A stretch of DNA of 50,843 bases, the filler included, from Bipalium vagum (Eukaryota), in the NCBI GenBank assembly GCA_037834085.1. It is 3 parts of 3 records of this genome, joined end to end, with 100 filler letters (N's around TTAATTAATTAA, not from the genome) between each part and the next. Parts side by side here need not be neighbours in the genome. Positions count along the whole stretch, not along the records: positions 17,293 to 35,034 come from JBBMKC010052945.1; positions 35,135 to 50,843 come from JBBMKC010150261.1; 1 more part is not named here. One strand, given 5' to 3'. How positions within the stretch are numbered: the stretch's first letter is position 1; each line of letters begins with the position of its first letter. This document shows, piece after piece, positions 27,201-39,443 of this stretch. Both the position numbers and the translations under genes were made by a program. Below the pieces are notes generated by a model that worked only from the letters and a program-made list of their open reading frames with translations, ran no database searches and was not told the origin of the DNA.

Positions 27201-28008
27201 TTTTGTAGTAAAATGTGATAATTTCAAGAGAAATAAATGCAGGTATTTTAAGAAACATTTATTTTTAGGCTGACATTTCTCCCATCATTCAGATAATTAT
27301 TGATTAGATGATTATTAGTTGTAGATCCATTTTCTCATCTTACGCATTTTCATTAGCTTGCCATCGATGGTATTAATGTAGGGAAATCTGAAGAAGCAAC
27401 TTTTGGTTAATTTGGCGAGTCAGTGAATATTTCCCCGAATTATTCTCATTGTATGACCACTGACCCTTGGTTTAGTCTGATCATTTGTTGTAGTAGCTTT
27501 TGTAATAGTCGATAATGTCAGTCACATTAAACACTGAGCAATTTTTACTTATCAAAGTCATTTGAAGTGTTTTGATGTTTGATCTGCATAAACCCGTGAT
27601 TTTGGTCGTTTGAGATATTTATGCTTCAGTCTGTTACCATTTAATTTTTGTACATTGACCAAACTTTTGACTGAAATATTGACTTATGTTAAATAAAACT
27701 ACGCAAATATCAGTCGGTGGTATTTGGTACGACTGACCTCGGTCGACACAAATGGAAAAACTTATGAAGAAGACGAATTTCTGATAAAGAAATTTTGCTG
27801 AACACATCAAATAAAATTCTCATTTTAGTTTGAATATGACTGGTGGAGGTGGCGTTTTACAAAAATGAAAATTGGTTTAAAGTGAAAAATATTTTTAATT
27901 GGTTTTAGCCGTAACGGTCCGAAAGAGGCTGACGAGCTGATGCGAAGAGTCGGGGTGGTATACTCAGGCACATATGTATATAACAGGCATCAGGATGGTA
28001 AATTGTAA
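17660..28008 (+). CDS. G6PD: Glucose-6-phosphate 1-dehydrogenase, 5'-partial. join(17660-17753,21013-21142,22658-22747,22808-23049,25205-25374,27909-28008)
   Basis: [89 protein letters not shown]; all splice phases match; stop TAA at 28006-28008. Confidence 0.97.
18406..18532. repeat. Inverted repeat / fold-back element (MITE-like)
   Basis: 35-bp arms at 18406-18440 and 18498-18532 with 5 mismatches, plus an inner hairpin at about 18443-18470. Confidence 0.8.
18705..19190 (-). mobile_element. Degraded mariner (DD34D) transposase C-terminal relic in a G6PD intron
   Basis: [27 protein letters not shown] matches the mariner [16 protein letters not shown] motif; stops and frameshifts present. 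Confidence 0.85.
21013..21142 (+). CDS. G6PD: G6PD exon
   Basis: [23 protein letters not shown]...; ag acceptor, G|GTATAG donor. Confidence 0.93.
22658..22747 (+). CDS. G6PD: G6PD exon
   Basis: [30 protein letters not shown]. Confidence 0.96.
22808..23049 (+). CDS. G6PD: G6PD exon
   Basis: Follows a 60-nt intron; [21 protein letters not shown]...[11 protein letters not shown]. Confidence 0.96.
24139..24206. repeat. (TAT)n microsatellite in a G6PD intron
   Basis: Source of the spurious poly-Tyr ORF. Confidence 0.97.
25205..25374 (+). CDS. G6PD: G6PD exon
   Basis: [18 protein letters not shown]...ELQEAWRI...YVCG. Confidence 0.95.
27909..28008 (+). CDS. G6PD: G6PD last coding exon
   Basis: ttttag|C then [32 protein letters not shown]; compare human [21 protein letters not shown]. 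Confidence 0.93.
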
Positions 28009-29399
28009 CTCTGTCGTGCGTGTGGTCGGAGTTCATTAGTTTGGGGGAAAATCGACGTTTTTGTTCATTACTATTTATTTGATATTATTATAACTATTAT
28101 TAATGATAATTAAATGAATTTTTGCGTGTAATCAACTAACTATTTGTATTTGTTGTTTGTTATTATAAAAATTGAGTTGAATTTTTTTGATTATTTTTCT
28201 ACCATTTTGTTGATTGATCCATTTCTCGAATTTTATTTTTGATAAAAAAGAATTGTTGTGAGTTCTCTCTCGCTCTCTCAGTATTAACATAAGTGTCTAC
28301 TTGATTTCCTTTTTGGTTCGGTTCTTTGATTGTTAAATTTATTTTTTTCAATTGGATATATTTTGTTAACAATAAATCGATAGCTTATTCTGAATTATTA
28401 TTGATTGTGCATTGATAAACATTCATAACCGGAACTACTCAGAATGCATTTTTAGATAATCGCGAAGAAGGCGTGTCTCATTTTGTAGATTATTATTATT
28501 TAATGAGAAATTATTATTTTCAAAAAAAATTTTATTATTGCCTAATTTTTGATCAATTTTGATAATTAGTTTTTGTAATATACATAATATATAATAAATT
28601 ATATCTTGATGATATCAGCTTTGATATTGTGGTTGTTCAATGACAACTAACATCCGAAAAGTGATTTATGATTACCTCTGTGATCAAAACAATTCCTTTT
28701 TACTTTCATTACAAGTTTTATTGATTAAATGTACAAGCTCAAAAATTGAAGAAATTTACTTTATTAAATGATAATCGTAAATTATTTATGATTATAAAAA
28801 TTTTAAAATCAGTTTCTTTCGCACTCGATGAAGGTATGCAAACCAGGTCAAAATCAATTATATATCAAGTTACAATATCAAGGAAAAATTCAAAATTCCC
28901 GTGAGATTTAAAAAATTATATTTGACTAAGAATTAAATTTAAATTAAAATAACTAAATTTTATAACGTTTAAAGTAATGAATTAAACACAATCAGAATTT
29001 TTGAAACGATTAATTTCATGTTTAAAATTGTATTAAGTTGTCTTGGATAAATTACAATAGATACTAATTTGTTTTAGTTAAGTAATTTTCATAAATATTA
29101 ATAAAACATTAGATTTTTACAGATGATTCCACCAAATACAGATTTGCATGAAAGAGAATGCAAAAAGTGTCGTTAAAATTAAACAAAGTCCCATCAAATA
29201 TATTATTCTCATCATAAAACACCAATGAATTTTGAAATTAATAGCAGAGGGTTCAAATGCAAAATCAGCAATTATAGAAAAGCTTTATCAATTTAAAGTA
29301 AAACATGTTTTAGTTGAACGAAAATTCATGTTCTAAAATTATGTTTGTGATAAATTCATGGCTTACTAAAGTTATGACTTCACCAATATTAATCATCAT

Positions 29400-29650
29400 G
29401 AGATACACCTCACAAACAATTTTCTCATTTCTTAAATTTCGACGTCAGATAACTTATCATTGCAGGAGAAAGCATTATTGTCAAGGTGGACGACACCAAG
29501 TTTGGTAAAGGAAATATCATCCTGATCACCACTTAGAAAAAGCATGAGTAGTTGTTAGTATTCAGGCTCAGATATTTTTGGTTGAAATCGGTCAGCCAGA
29601 ACTTTGACAGAAATAATAAAAAATTTAGGAATCACAAGTGATGTGGGTAT
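29400..29650 (+). mobile_element. Merlin / IS1595-ISXO2-like transposase relic
   Basis: GESIIVKVDDTKFGK/KYHPDHHLEKA*VV resembles the Merlin motif IVEIDESKFGKRKYHRGH..EG.WV; downstream SARTLTEIIK. Confidence 0.7.
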
Positions 29651-30214
29651 CAGTAAAATGGAAAACCACAATTTATCAATTGTTCTATTAGGTAGTCAGG
29701 GAAAATCTTTGCTGTTATTATCATAACAAAAGAAGTCACTAAATTTTCCACGAAGATAAAATTTATATAAATAATGACCATTTTGTTCAACAATGAGTTT
29801 CCATCTCTCAGGTAATTTCAAAAAATCCAACTAGTATTTTTTCAACATTTAAATCTATTATCACATAAACAATTGGATTTATATAATAAATTTCATTAAT
29901 ATAAAATATTTTCTCTGTCCATTTTACTTTGTAACCTTTTACAGATTTATTTTTATATAGAAATTCTTACTTTATCTCCATTATGAAATGGGAATTTGTG
30001 TTTAATTGGGTTAATATTCTCATATGAGTTACCTGCTACGTGATTGTTTTGTTGGAAAAAATAATTTTTATAACTGACGTCTTTTCAATATGTAGAGGAA
30101 TTAATTGGCTAGCACACCGAAAAATTCTATGGAGATAAACGTGCTTAAACAGCTTCACCCGACGGAACAATGCCAGAAGAGTTTCCAAACACTGATTCTG
30201 GGTATTCCAAGATC

Positions 30215-30463
30215 TGTGTTTTTGTATTGGATACATATACAAGGTTTGGAACGAGTGGATTTATTTTGAGTTAGCTGAAGGAAGATGGAAGTGAAACAGT
30301 GATTGCTTATGTCTTTAGACATTTATCTACTCATGAATTGGGATATTGTGTCACCAGAAAAGAGCTTTTATAAATCTATTAAATTGTTCTCCATTTCAAG
30401 CAGTATGTATAAGAAAAATAATTCATTGTGAGAACTGATCATAAAGCTTTGGATTTCATGAAC
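30215..30463 (+). mobile_element. Ty3/gypsy pol RNase H relic
   Basis: FVLDTYT...DGSETVIAYVFRHLSTHELGYCVTRKELL*...HFKQYV...FIVRTDHKAL in one frame with several stops. Confidence 0.88.
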
Positions 30464-31039
30464 ATCAAGAAGAAATCCCGATACACATACTCGTTCGTTC
30501 GTCAAAAATGTGTTTATAATCGGGGTACACTTTGTGTAGTATAAAAAAATAGTGAAAAAAATTTAAAACTGAAAAACTTAAATTTTTCTTTAAAAATGGA
30601 AACCAAAAGATACGATTTAAATAACCCATCCAATCTAGAATTAAATAAAATAAAATAAATTTCCACAAAATAAATATTATGAAATATATTTACGAGCAAA
30701 AAATCTTAATTTAGAAGAAAAGATTAAAAATCTTATTCTAAAGATTTATTATGGATAATAGATAATTGCACATTTGAACCATATAAAAATAAAATAAAAG
30801 AACAACATGGAAATCTGAATGATATAATTATTTATAATTACTCGAAAGTAGATGAAAATCTAAGGGTGGAAATATTAAAATTTTATCAAAATAAATTAAT
30901 AAAATTTTTAAATAAAAAATGACATTGGAAAAATGGTATTGTGAAATTTGTTACAAAAATATTTCAAAATATAATAAATCAAAACATTTAAATACAAATG
31001 TACATTTGAAAAATAGTACTAAAGATACTAATAAAAGTA

Positions 31040-31970
31040 CCGTAGATACTCGAATATAAGTCGAGGGGAAAAAATGGGAAATTCTATGAAAAACCGAATG
31101 ACTCTTATATAAGTCGAGGTAAAAATATATGTCTGGGTAGTTTCATATTTCGTACATTTGGAAAATAACATAAAATAACAAGGAAAAAATGTCAATCTTT
31201 TGATACTTTATTGCAAAATAATATTGATAATATTTATATATTTATTACATTTATATATTTGTAACATTTATTCAAAACTACAAAATTTGGAATCCGAGTC
31301 TGATTGAAGAAATTGCAATGCCTGCTCATTAGTCCTATGGTCTGAATAGAAGTCGTCATCATCCGATTCGTCATAATCTTCGGCAGCGGTGGTGTCATCT
31401 ACCCAGAGTATGTCGTCTTCAGTTCCGTCCATCTTGTTTGATATCCCGGTCTTCTTGAAGCTATTTGAGATGAGGGGGGCGTCTATCTTTTCCCAGGCTG
31501 TTTTGGTCCACCCAGTGACTGTCAAGAGGTCTGGTCGTTTCAGGTTTCCAGCTTTGGTGGTCTGCTCTTGTCCACTGGACATCCACGATGTCCATTGGTC
31601 TCGCACATGACACTTGAATGGTCGGTTGATGCTGACATCAAGTGGCTGGAGTATGGAAGTGAGTCAACCTGGAATGACTGCAAAATCTGTTTTGTATTGG
31701 TTTTGTGTTCGGTGCTTGACGCGGTCTACTAGGTGTCCGCGAAAGCTGTCCCAAATGAGGAGACTTCTGTTTTGGTTGGAGGGGCGATTAGCCCAGACTT
31801 TCTGGAGCCAGATCAACATTACATCTGTGTCCATCCAGCCTTTTTCATTGACGTGCACAACAACATCAGAAGGGTACCGTTTTTCTCTTGAATATTAACA
31901 TTGGTTTTAATTTTTTGGCCATTGGCTGTACAACATAACACAACAGTAAAATGAGTTTTATCATTTAGCC
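31040..31970 (-). mobile_element. pogo/Tigger-type (DDE_1) DNA transposon, 5'-truncated
   Basis: THFTVVLCCTANG, NEKGWMD, LLIWDSFRGH, VIPG/LTSILQPLDVSINRPFK, with frameshifts. Pogo-type terminus TA|CCGTAGATACTCGAATATAAGTCGAG at 31038 and a subterminal TATAAGTCGAGG repeat near 31108. Confidence 0.92.
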
Positions 31971-32092
31971 ACTCTTTACTTAATCATAACATTGCTGAAA
32001 CTCGGAAAATTACTCGCAAATACCATTCTGTCACAGAAAAAATACGACCGGCAGTAAATTCCGATAAAATAATTACGAGAAATATTAAATTT

Positions 32093-33570
32093 TTGTTAAA
32101 TAATAAGAACATCAAGAATTTTTTCGAAACCCAGTTGGGTGAAAAGTATATCTTCCTCGATTGCACTGTATCAGCAGCAATTCTTGGTGGATGTACGGAT
32201 TATCTCTCCGATCATCTTGATCTCAATATGGTAAACAATATTTCTGTAATATTTCTCATCTTTCAGCACCCAAACTCTCAACAACGTCTTCTAGTTTTAG
32301 ATTTTGAAAAAAGGTTTTCTTTTGTTATCAATCCGACATTTTCCCACAACTCCGAAATTGCATATTCCATCGAGTATATTGAAAGAATTCTTTTTTTAAA
32401 TTCGAGGAAATGTTGATTGCTTTGACTTGAATGAGTGCCCTCCACACGAAACACGTGGTTCAGGTCTCTACTCAAATTTGATCTTTTGTGGAATAATTGA
32501 GAACTATTCAAGTAGTGTAGATCTTACTGGTTTTAACTTCCATCTAATGTGTCTTGAAATCCCTAAATTTGCTCTTTCTCCACCTTCCATCAATGAGAAA
32601 AGGCTCAGCAAAAAAGATAGACAAAGTAGGGCTAAGGCACTTTTAATAGAAATGGTCGAAAATGATTATGACGTTGACCGTATCATGGATAAAATTGTCA
32701 GTCTCTTCCTTTCTCGACCTTCTGTTTCACGTCATAAACCATATCTTGGGTCAAAAAGAAATTGAATAAATTTGCTGTAAGATCTAATTTTAATAAAAAT
32801 ATGAAATACACAGTAAATAAGATTATCAATGACGATATTATTGATTCCCGACCATCAATAATAGACATTATTGGACACTACTCACCCTTTACCTGAAAAC
32901 AAAACTTGAGTTTTTAACGAATTTTGTAAGTCTTCCTCGACCGAACTACACCTTGATTTGATTTTACCTGCTGAGGTGTGTATTGCACTGAAAAAAGTAG
33001 ATAACGCAACTCCTAATTGCGATGGAATCACATACAGCAACTTGAAATATTTGGATCCTGACGGAGACATCTTATGCTTCTTGTTTAATAAAATTATTGA
33101 ATCCGGAAAAATTTCATCTCTTTGGACTTTGTTTAAAACATCTTAAATTCCGAAACCTAGCAAAAGTGATAATTATCACCCGGTGTCAAGCTGGAGATCA
33201 ATTGCTCTTCTCTGTACTTCCTACAAGATTTTCGCTGCGATTCCCTGTAGCAGATTAAACATCTGGGTCAGGAAGAACAATCTTCTTCGTTTTTGTCAAA
33301 AAGGTGGTACTGAGTATGAGCGATGTGTCGAGCATAATGCGGTTCTTACTGCAGCTTTGGAACACTCTAAATATTCAAAAAATTGCCCAATTTCTATTGC
33401 TTGGCTCGACATCAAAGACGCCTTTGAGTGTTCCACACAAATATCTATGGTCACTTCTTCGATTTATAGGGGTCGGCAAAAGCTTCGTAAAAATATTGGA
33501 ATTGTGTTACAATAATATCAGTACATTTTACAGCTGTGGGCCTTTGACAACACCTAATCTGCCAAACTAA
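32093..33570 (+). mobile_element. Non-LTR retrotransposon fragment, R2/NeSL (RLE-type) reverse transcriptase, 3'-truncated
   Basis: TPNCDGITY...LFN...W...IPK...SSWRSIALLCTSYKIF...QKG...CVEHN...IAWLDIKDAF/SVPH; has a stop and a frameshift and ends before the YADD motif. Confidence 0.9.
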
Positions 33571-33609
33571 CAGATGAAAAATATATTTCATTTACTTATA
33601 ATAAAACTT

Positions 33610-35010
33610 TTAAATTTGTAGACTCCTTAAGATTTATTTTATGTTCTTCAGATGGAGCAGCAAAAGCATTAAGTAAAAAAGATAAAAAAACCTAGACGAA
33701 TTTTTGTAGAAGTTACTTATGTGATCGAAGTATTTCTGAATTAAATAATATTTCTACATTTAATTTATTAGATGAAAAAGAAATTTACCCATATGGATAT
33801 TTTACTGATTTTAAAAAATTTAATAGAACAAAATTATTACCAAAAGAAGCATTCTATTCTATGTTAAGGAAATCAAATATTTCAGATGAGGAATATAAAG
33901 ATATAAAACCGTTTATACTAAGTTTTGTAAAAATCAATGGGATTACACCATTTTATATCTTAAACAAGATGTAATGTTATTAACAGACATCTTTGAAAAA
34001 TTTAGAAAATTATCAATTTTAGATCCCTGTCATTTTGTTTCTACACCTGGATTAACATGGCAATTAGGATTATTAAAAACAACATAGAATTAGATTTAAT
34101 CTCTGATCAAAATATGTTTGAAACATTTGAAAAAGTAATTAGCGGTGAAATCTCAACAATTCTAGGAACAATTTATATTAAGGCACATAATAAATAAACT
34201 GAAAAATCAAAACATTATTTTGAATTAGATAAAATGGAAAAAGAAAAAATTATGAAAACATTAAAAGATAAAAAAGATTTAACAGAATTTTAAAAACCAA
34301 ATTATTTATTTTATTTTATAATATATTTATTTATTTTAAAATATAAATAATTTTTATGGAAATGCAATGTGCCAATCATTACCATTCAAAGATTTTATAT
34401 GGGAATATAATGATAGAAAAAATTCTAAAAATAATCAATTTTTCAGAAGAAGAATATGGATTATTAATTGATCATTTTTTAAATCAATATGAGTGTAAAA
34501 TTAAATGTAATTGTAAAACTGATTGTAAATGTGAAATATCAATTGGATTAATTTGTGAAGTTGATTTGGAATATAAAAATGAAAAAGTATTATAAATCAT
34601 ACCCATTACCTTTAGTTTTTTGAAAAGTAGATGAAAAACTACCTGATTATCAGAAATATTTATTAGAAACAAATAATCAACCTCATACATGCGTTACAAA
34701 ATTAATTTTAGATATGAATCCAAACAAGAATTATGTAGTTTATTATAAAATTTTATGTGAGATTTATGAAGATTACAAACGTCCATCAAATAATATCTTT
34801 TAAACAAAAACCATGAAAAGAAGCAAAGACTGATTTTGAAAAAGATAATTATAAATTAATGATAATAATAATAATAATAATAATTCTTTCTTTGGAAAAA
34901 ATATGGAAAATGTAAGAAAGAGAGTAAATGTAAAATTAGTTACAAATGAAGAGGAAACAAAGAAACAAATAAGTAAACCAACTTTTGTAAGAAGAGAAAT
35001 ATTTAACTTA
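33610..35010 (+). mobile_element. Polinton/Maverick-type protein-primed family B DNA polymerase, decayed
   Basis: Collinear fragments FVDSLRF, IYPY, LPKEAFYS, LYLKQDVMLLTDIFEKFRK, LDPCHFVSTPGLTW, ICEVDLEY, FEKDNYKLM/NNSFFGKNMENVRKRVNVKLV; many stops; cut by the spacer. Confidence 0.9.
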
Positions 35011-35034
35011 ACCGCCCCGAGTCTCTTACTTCAA

Positions 35035-35134
35035 NNNNNNNNNNNNNNNNNNNNNNNNNNNNNNNNNNNNNNNNNNNNTTAATTAATTAANNNNNNNNNN
35101 NNNNNNNNNNNNNNNNNNNNNNNNNNNNNNNNNN
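35035..35134. other. Artificial assembly spacer N44-TTAATTAATTAA-N44
   Basis: Identical structure to 17193-17292. Confidence 0.97.
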
Positions 35135-35194
<60 letters not shown>

Positions 35195-35210
35195 TAATAA
35201 TAATGATAAT
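35135..35210. repeat. (AAT)n microsatellite abutting the spacer
   Basis: Direct inspection. Confidence 0.97.
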
Positions 35211-36075
35211 ATATTTTGTAAGACTTAGAAATGAGTACTTACTCTTAGTTGGACAAAGATTTGACTGCTGAAAAAGTGATGATTTATAATTATATATATT
35301 ATTTTAATGCTTTTATGTAATTTAATTATTGGGGGTCGCTCTGACATTGGTGTATTTCCTCGCATTCAATTAAGAGTCCGGAAAAGTTCTATTTGTCATA
35401 TATTGCAATGATTTCCGGGCTGTTAGACCTGGTATATATGACAATGTTATAAAATATATTTTATTAAAAATTATAATGTAGAACGGAGTCATAAACTGTC
35501 CAAAGCATCCTTCCAATAATGTCGGACGTTCGAGTCAGGAGAATAAAGCTGAAGCAGTCCGCTTAAAGTCCCAATTCTTTATGGTGAAATTATTTATATA
35601 TCACGGAAAATAATTGTGTACGCCGTAAAACTGATTTGAAATGGTTACATAAAACGTTTATATATTTATTTTTTTGTTTTAATTGATGTGTTATATATTT
35701 ATTTTTTGTTTTAATTGTTGGCTGTATAATAAATTTAATGGACAATCAGAAAATATGGTTTTAAAAATAGTTTAGGTAACGCAATTTTGGCTGGATACAT
35801 AAATTTTATTTTATTTATTTTCTGAAATCAATTTTATAAAAATATTTTTTGTTTTAATTAGAGAGGAGATTCTTTTTTAAGAAAATTATATTAACAAAAA
35901 AATGAACACGTGTCATTCGTGAGAAAATGTTTGATAATTTTATGTGACATCAAAAATATTATTTATTATAATTTTTCAAGCATTGCTTCGATTTTCACAA
36001 TTTATTTATCCACCATATTCAAATCGGCAGACTTCAGAAAACTGTTAGATTGTGACCACCAGCTGGTCAACAGTA

Positions 36076-36396
36076 TCACCTTTTAATTGAATTTTGTTTT
36101 AAAAAGTAACTGGTGCCTAATCTTAGTCCAACCAATCGTCGTCGTTTGTCGTATGTAATCCATTTCTCATCACATAGTACAACATCGTTTAGAAATCGGT
36201 TGCTTCTGATACCATTAATCAGTTCGAATGGTAATTTATGTTTCCATTTCAATTCGTATGGGACATTTTTATCAAGCTTTTCGGTTTTCCCATTGCTTTT
36301 AAGGTGGTTCAGAACTATCGGATGCGTTACTCCAAATCCATTAGCAATCCATATGGAAATTAATTGATATTTAGATTCGTGAAGGTTATACATCAA
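36076..36396 (-). mobile_element. Degraded mariner transposase (HTH, WVPHEL linker, first catalytic D)
   Basis: VLNHLKSNGKTEKLDKNVPYEL ~ WVPHEL; FLNDVVLCDEKWITYD ~ TCDEKWILYDN. Confidence 0.85.
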
Positions 36397-36948
36397 AAAA
36401 GAGCTATACTTCGTAAAACAATAACTTTATTAAATCATATTGATTCATAGAAAAATTTATTAAAAATAAATCATTATAATAAAAATCTTTGGCTCACAAC
36501 TGCTTCCAGGTGAACCGATAACAAAAATAAAAAACAATATAAATAAAATTCCTGGTTAGAAACTATATCGTTCAATTTCGGGTTATGAATCACTAATCAA
36601 TAATTAATATAATTCAATACTGAAGGTTGGATCAGCAACTCCACCACTTTAGGGTTAAATAACTGAAAATTTTATTTGTTTTCTCTTTTCAATTCTTCTT
36701 TTTTGTGTTCTCCACATCAAGTAAGACGAAGAACCAAATTTCTGTCTCAGAGCCTTTGAGTGTAGATACCAAAGAGTGCTCTATCCTTTTCTTTCCATTT
36801 TCTTTTTCGACTTCTGTCTAGTATAAAATATTAAACAAATTGTAACATTTTAATAATATTTGTAAATTCATTAAAAAATAGATTTTATTTTAAAAAAGCG
36901 TGTTACATTGTTCATTTTGATTTACTATGTTAGTCCCTTTAATAAATA

Positions 36949-38042
36949 CAGGGTGCATCAGCTATTTGAGGACAAAAATTGTTAAAATATATCATGATAA
37001 TTTTTTTAGTGGCGCTAAAATTGATTTGCAATATTTATTGATACAACATTAAATGATTATTTTTTAATTTAAATGGAAGAGATAACTTTTGAATTAACAC
37101 AAGAAATGAAAAGATATGCAGTTATTGTTGCATTAACCACCGGACACAGTGACTTAGAAATTTCTTAATGTGGTCAGATCGTTTGTCAATAAAATTAGAA
37201 AGGAATATTTGGCATCTGATCGAAATGTTTCCTCTATATCTAAAAGAAAAACACATTTCTCACGTTCAGACATTGTCAGAAATATTAATTTTGTTCAAAA
37301 AGTCCAGGATTTTGTTCATGAAAGTTCCGAAACATCAATGAGAAAAACTGCCCATTGACTATCGGTTTCTGAGTCAACAGTAAGACTAACGGTACACAAT
37401 GATTTAAAATGCAAGTCCTGTGTCATCAGAAGAAGACATTTTGTATCGGCAAAAAGCAAAAAAAATAGTTTAATCCGCTCGAAGTGTCTTTTAAACAAAA
37501 TCAAGCATCATCCAAACATGCTATGGTTCTTTTCTGATGAAAAACTTTTTACTCAAGATCAAAAAGTTAATAGGAGGAACGATCGATGGCTGTGCTCCAG
37601 CAACTTTAACGATATGGGTGTTGTGAGAAACGAAGGTCATTCTATGCCTCCGTATTTCTTTCGACAGAGACTTAGAATTAATGCATCTCTTTATATCAAG
37701 TGTCTGGATACATAATTAAAGCCATGGATTGAAAAAGTTGCCCACGGAAGGCCTTATTTGTACCAAAAAGACTCAGCTCCCTGCCATATAGCATTAAAAC
37801 ACAAAAATGGTTATCGCTAAATTTTAACGACTATGTCACTCCACACCTATGGCCACCTACCTCAATCGATTTAAATCGTAAAGCTGTAATTGACACTGAA
37901 GACGATTTCATTGAATAAATAAAACTTGTGTCCTTAAAACAAATAAAGTTTCTAATATTGCTTAAAAATATACATTCTTTTCATTAAAAATATTACTTAC
38001 ATTTAATATCAATTTTTGTCCTCAAATAGCTGATGCACCCTG
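36949..38042 (+). mobile_element. Tc1/mariner superfamily element of maT/DD37D type; both ends intact, transposase defective
   Basis: Perfect 33-bp TIR CAGGGTGCATCAGCTATTTGAGGACAAAAATTG with TA on both sides; WFFSDEKLFTQDQKVNRRNDRWL, GRPYLYQKDSAPCH, LWPPTS; stops and deletions. Confidence 0.95.
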
Positions 38043-39443
38043 TATAAATTTAAATATATCCAACTTTTCGATTTCGTATTTATTAAACATTGTTATATTC
38101 AATTCAGTGTTTGATCCTTTTATCGATTAATTGTAACATTATTTTAAAATATCTCAATTTGAAAAAATTTAAAAGCAAACATTGTAAAATCTTTGACCTT
38201 AAACATTTTTAAAGTGTACTCCAGGTGTTACTCTCAGATGAATTCTTCTTATAGAAATACTTTATGTTAAGTTGTTTAACTCTCTTATACAAGAACTGAA
38301 AACTTAACAGGTTGACCATAATAAAGAAATAGATATTAGTACAATTTGAAAGTCAAAGTAACGTTGTAATAAACAGAAGCTATAAAATTTTCTGATGAAT
38401 AGAGTATATTTTTGTTAATTTGAATTGACTTCTTAAAATCTCTTCAACAAATAAAAAAGTACAAAACATTCAGTTATTTTATAAGATGAATTTATAAAAT
38501 AAATATAGCAGCCAAAGACATTATTTATTTACATCAGGTAAATACTAAGATATGAGAGAATGAAAAAGAATCACACAAAGAATTCAGATCACATTAATCA
38601 GAAAAATGCAATTTAAGTTTATCATCACTCCAATTCTGTACTTTAGCCATTTTAAAACTTTCTGATATCATGAATAGAACATTGATGCAAAATATATGAT
38701 AACCATAAGTGGGGGTAATCTTAAGTGGTTAATACCTGGAACACCCGGCACTAGAATGACCATCAGTTCTGAAGAGAAGCTCTACGATCTCGGGTTTTCA
38801 GTATAAGCTCTGATATTATGTCGCAGTTAGGATATTTCATACTAAAGACTTCATCGTTCCATGGACAAACGAAAAAAAAGGATAAAAAACCAACAAGTTA
38901 CAAAAGGTTATGAACTATTTCTCTCCTTGTTCTTGAAAAATATTACATTATCAGTTCAATCGGGTTAATATAATTATTCAATCATCATTAAGGATGGTAA
39001 TTGCTTTGGCATTTATGTCTAAAGGTTGAATTCTATTTATTATATTTACAAGACTTAACATGATATTTTATAAATAATGACACCCATTTAAAATATATTA
39101 ATGTACCACTAAAGTTATCATGGCTTTAAAAATTTATTTTAAATATTTCATCATTTAATGTTAAATTGCCGAAATATTTAAAATCAATTAAAGTTTTAAT
39201 ATTACAAGTAAAAACAAATATTAATTAAAATTATGTGAAATTTATGAAAATAACAAGGAGTTTTAATTAATAATTTTCATTAAAAAAAATAAAAAATTTC
39301 AATTTAATTTGAAATAATTAAAATAATTTCTCTGATACATTTCTAGATTTATAGCAATTTTAAAATATTTTCCTTAAAAATTGTGCTCCATTTACCATAT
39401 TTACAAATTTGTTTAAATAATATCAAAAATTACCACAAATTAA

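Noticed and set aside
27997-28008. G6PD C-terminal -GKL as a peroxisomal PTS1
   Set aside because: Not the canonical [SAC][KRH]L, and cytosolic human G6PD also ends in -KL
17660-28008. Non-standard genetic code or stop-codon readthrough
   Set aside because: All confident exons translate cleanly with the standard code; in-frame stops occur only in TE relics
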